A stretch of DNA of 64,000 nt from a virus. Taxonomy: Duplodnaviria > Heunggongvirae > Uroviricota > Caudoviricetes. The notes under the pieces were generated by a model that was not told where the DNA came from, searched no databases, and saw nothing but the letters and a program-made list of their open reading frames with translations. Of the stretch, positions 62,599 to 64,000 are shown piece after piece. Where the stretch lies: the IMG/VR virus record IMGVR_UViG_3300020718_000011, positions 1 to 64,000 of that record. The stretch is one strand, 5' to 3'. Position 1 is the stretch's first letter; each line of letters starts with the position of its first letter. The translations under genes were made by a program, and so were the position numbers.

Positions 62599-62829
62599 AT
62601 GAGCTTTGTATTTACACCAATAGCAGGTTTACAATGTGAGGATAGCTACTTACATGGAGCAGGAAATCGGGACACAATGGGATATTCTGGATTTATCGAA
62701 TATGTTGGACCAGATTATTTCATACTAAGAATTTTTAGTGCACCTGACGAGTTACCAATAATAGTATACAAAAAAAGCTATCACGCAATACAGGAAAACG
62801 ATTTTGAACCTTCAAGAAGTAAAGGATGA
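62599..62829 (+). CDS. hypothetical protein
   Basis: 76-aa ORF. Confidence 0.4.
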   Translation: MSFVFTPIAGLQCEDSYLHGAGNRDTMGYSGFIEYVGPDYFILRIFSAPDELPIIVYKKSYHAIQENDFEPSRSKG

Positions 62830-63101
62830 AGAGATATAAAGTAATCTCCCCTAATTTTGGTGGAGTCGATAAGTTCGATGAAGATTGGTTGTTTCTGGTC
62901 ATGGGTATTAAAATAGAAATGACCAATATCGTAATGACCCGATTAAAAAAACTACCGGGTACTGACGTTAAGGAGATACAGGATGATGGTGTTGTCCAGG
63001 ACATAACCTCTTTCTATGCTAACCTAAACGAAAAACAATTGGAACAAATAAGAGCATTAGGTTTCTACTGCTCTGAACAACATGGTGCATTTAATCCTTA
63101 A
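62826..63101 (+). CDS. hypothetical protein
   Basis: 91 aa; ATGA overlap. Confidence 0.4.
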   Translation: MKRYKVISPNFGGVDKFDEDWLFLVMGIKIEMTNIVMTRLKKLPGTDVKEIQDDGVVQDITSFYANLNEKQLEQIRALGFYCSEQHGAFNP

Positions 63102-63150
63102 CAAATTCTTAACAAAGACTATTAAAACTATTCTTTATATTTGTATCTAA
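63095..63150 (+). promoter_or_regulatory. class-A phage promoter (short-spacer variant)
   Basis: cttaacaaattcttaacaaagactattaaaactattctttatatttgtatcta; drives 63163. Confidence 0.45.
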
Positions 63151-63162
63151 AATTAAATTTCT

Positions 63163-63477
63163 ATGTCAGTAAGAATTCGATCCACCTGCGATAAGCATGC
63201 AGGTCGCGCACTGGGTATCTCCGATGAACGTATCCAACAATTTGAAGAGGTAATTCAAAACATCCTCCAAAAGAACGAGAGGATTTGTTACACCAGAATA
63301 GGTGAGATCGTATCCCAACAACTCGACCTGAACGAGAAGGAGCTATTCTTCGTTGGTATGATGATTGGTGGTCTCGCCCAGTTCAACATGATAGTAGAAG
63401 GTGCAATACGTGCCAGCGAGATGATGAACATCGACGATTCTCCTGTACCTGTTGTAAAACAAATGGCTTACGCATGA
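63163..63477 (+). CDS. hypothetical protein
   Basis: 104 aa after promoter 63095-63150. Confidence 0.45.
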   Translation: MSVRIRSTCDKHAGRALGISDERIQQFEEVIQNILQKNERICYTRIGEIVSQQLDLNEKELFFVGMMIGGLAQFNMIVEGAIRASEMMNIDDSPVPVVKQMAYA

Positions 63478-63776
63478 AACGTAAACTAAAGAAATGGCTA
63501 TATGGTCCGAGTGTGTATGTACACAAGGGTAATAATCTTTGGGTACTTCGAGAACCTAATGTACCCAAGCCAACAAAACCATTATTTAAAACATTATGGT
63601 ATTTTGGTATGGGTATTCTAACTCAAATAGTTCTCATAAGTTTCGCAGGTTACTTATTTGGGAAACACGAATACCTTATTTGGTTAATAATGTTAGTACC
63701 TATTTCCATTCTTCTTGGTTCACTTAGGGAACTATTCAAAGAGTTTAAACATTATCTTTACTACCACGCTTTTTAA
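63474..63776 (+). CDS. membrane protein
   Basis: 100 aa, two TM helices; ATGA overlap. Confidence 0.45.
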   Translation: MKRKLKKWLYGPSVYVHKGNNLWVLREPNVPKPTKPLFKTLWYFGMGILTQIVLISFAGYLFGKHEYLIWLIMLVPISILLGSLRELFKEFKHYLYYHAF

Positions 63777-63915
63777 TTTCTCATCCCCCATAAACCTCCT
63801 GGCATTCTCCGTAAAGAGTGCCTTTTTTTTGACCAATTATATTATAAATATGAAGATATATTTTTTGCGGGGGTGCCTCACCTATATTTTAAATACAAGC
63901 AAACTACTTTATAAA

Positions 63916-63972
63916 ATCTTTAACAAATCTATTTGACAAACTTATTAAATTATTTCATACATTTGTATTAAT
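63916..63972 (+). promoter_or_regulatory. class-A phage promoter
   Basis: aatctttaacaaatctatttgacaaacttattaaattatttcatacatttgtattaat; a truncated ORF (MRMIK) starts at about 63986. Confidence 0.5.
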
Positions 63973-64000
63973 AAAATTAGGAATTATGAGAATGATAAAA

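Noticed and set aside
1-64000. tRNA or rRNA genes
   Set aside because: Scanned by eye for T-loop-like GTTCGAATC/TTCGA signatures and cloverleaf-compatible stems in intergenic DNA; found none. The TTCCGAACCAAG...CTTGGTTCGGAA element at 50572 is a simple hairpin, not a tRNA. No tool was run, so a tRNA could have been missed.

Overview
This 64-kb window is an AT-rich (about 30-33% GC by eye) stretch of a large dsDNA bacteriophage genome. The host is almost certainly a Bacteroidota (Flavobacteriia-like) bacterium, because at least 15 copies of a conserved phage promoter end in the Bacteroidota sigma-A -7 box TAnnTTTG. Roughly 110 mostly small ORFs sit in alternating strand blocks with frequent ATGA/TAATG start-stop overlaps. 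I found no rRNA, tRNA or CRISPR array.

Recognisable content:
- Tail-fibre module on the minus strand (23.0-29.7 kb). One 608-aa fibre-like protein carries an embedded Hint/intein-like autoprocessing domain followed by a 68-aa C-terminal module.
- RNA/tRNA damage-repair type enzymes: RtcB ligase, PTH2 peptidyl-tRNA hydrolase, SpoT/Mesh1-type HD hydrolase and a minimal nucleotidyltransferase.
- Host-like morons: an SPFH lipoprotein with its own terminator, YqgE/AlgH, a dephospho-CoA-kinase-like kinase, and a trypsin-like lipoprotein protease.
- A homing-endonuclease hotspot (4 HNH + 2 GIY-YIG) wrapped around a duplicated Ala/Lys-rich gene, with GC-rich promoter-like repeats upstream.
- An intact IS1595-family insertion sequence.
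- A paralogous family of about 10 proteins defined by an N-terminal MK(H/N/Y)LK motif and a C-terminal ..ER(L/M)xKLTKAxxLLKRK tail.
- A second, T4-late-like ATATATA box immediately upstream of all six homing-endonuclease genes and several other genes.

Most proteins have no recognisable function. My hand coordinates for short motifs may be off by 1-2 nt.
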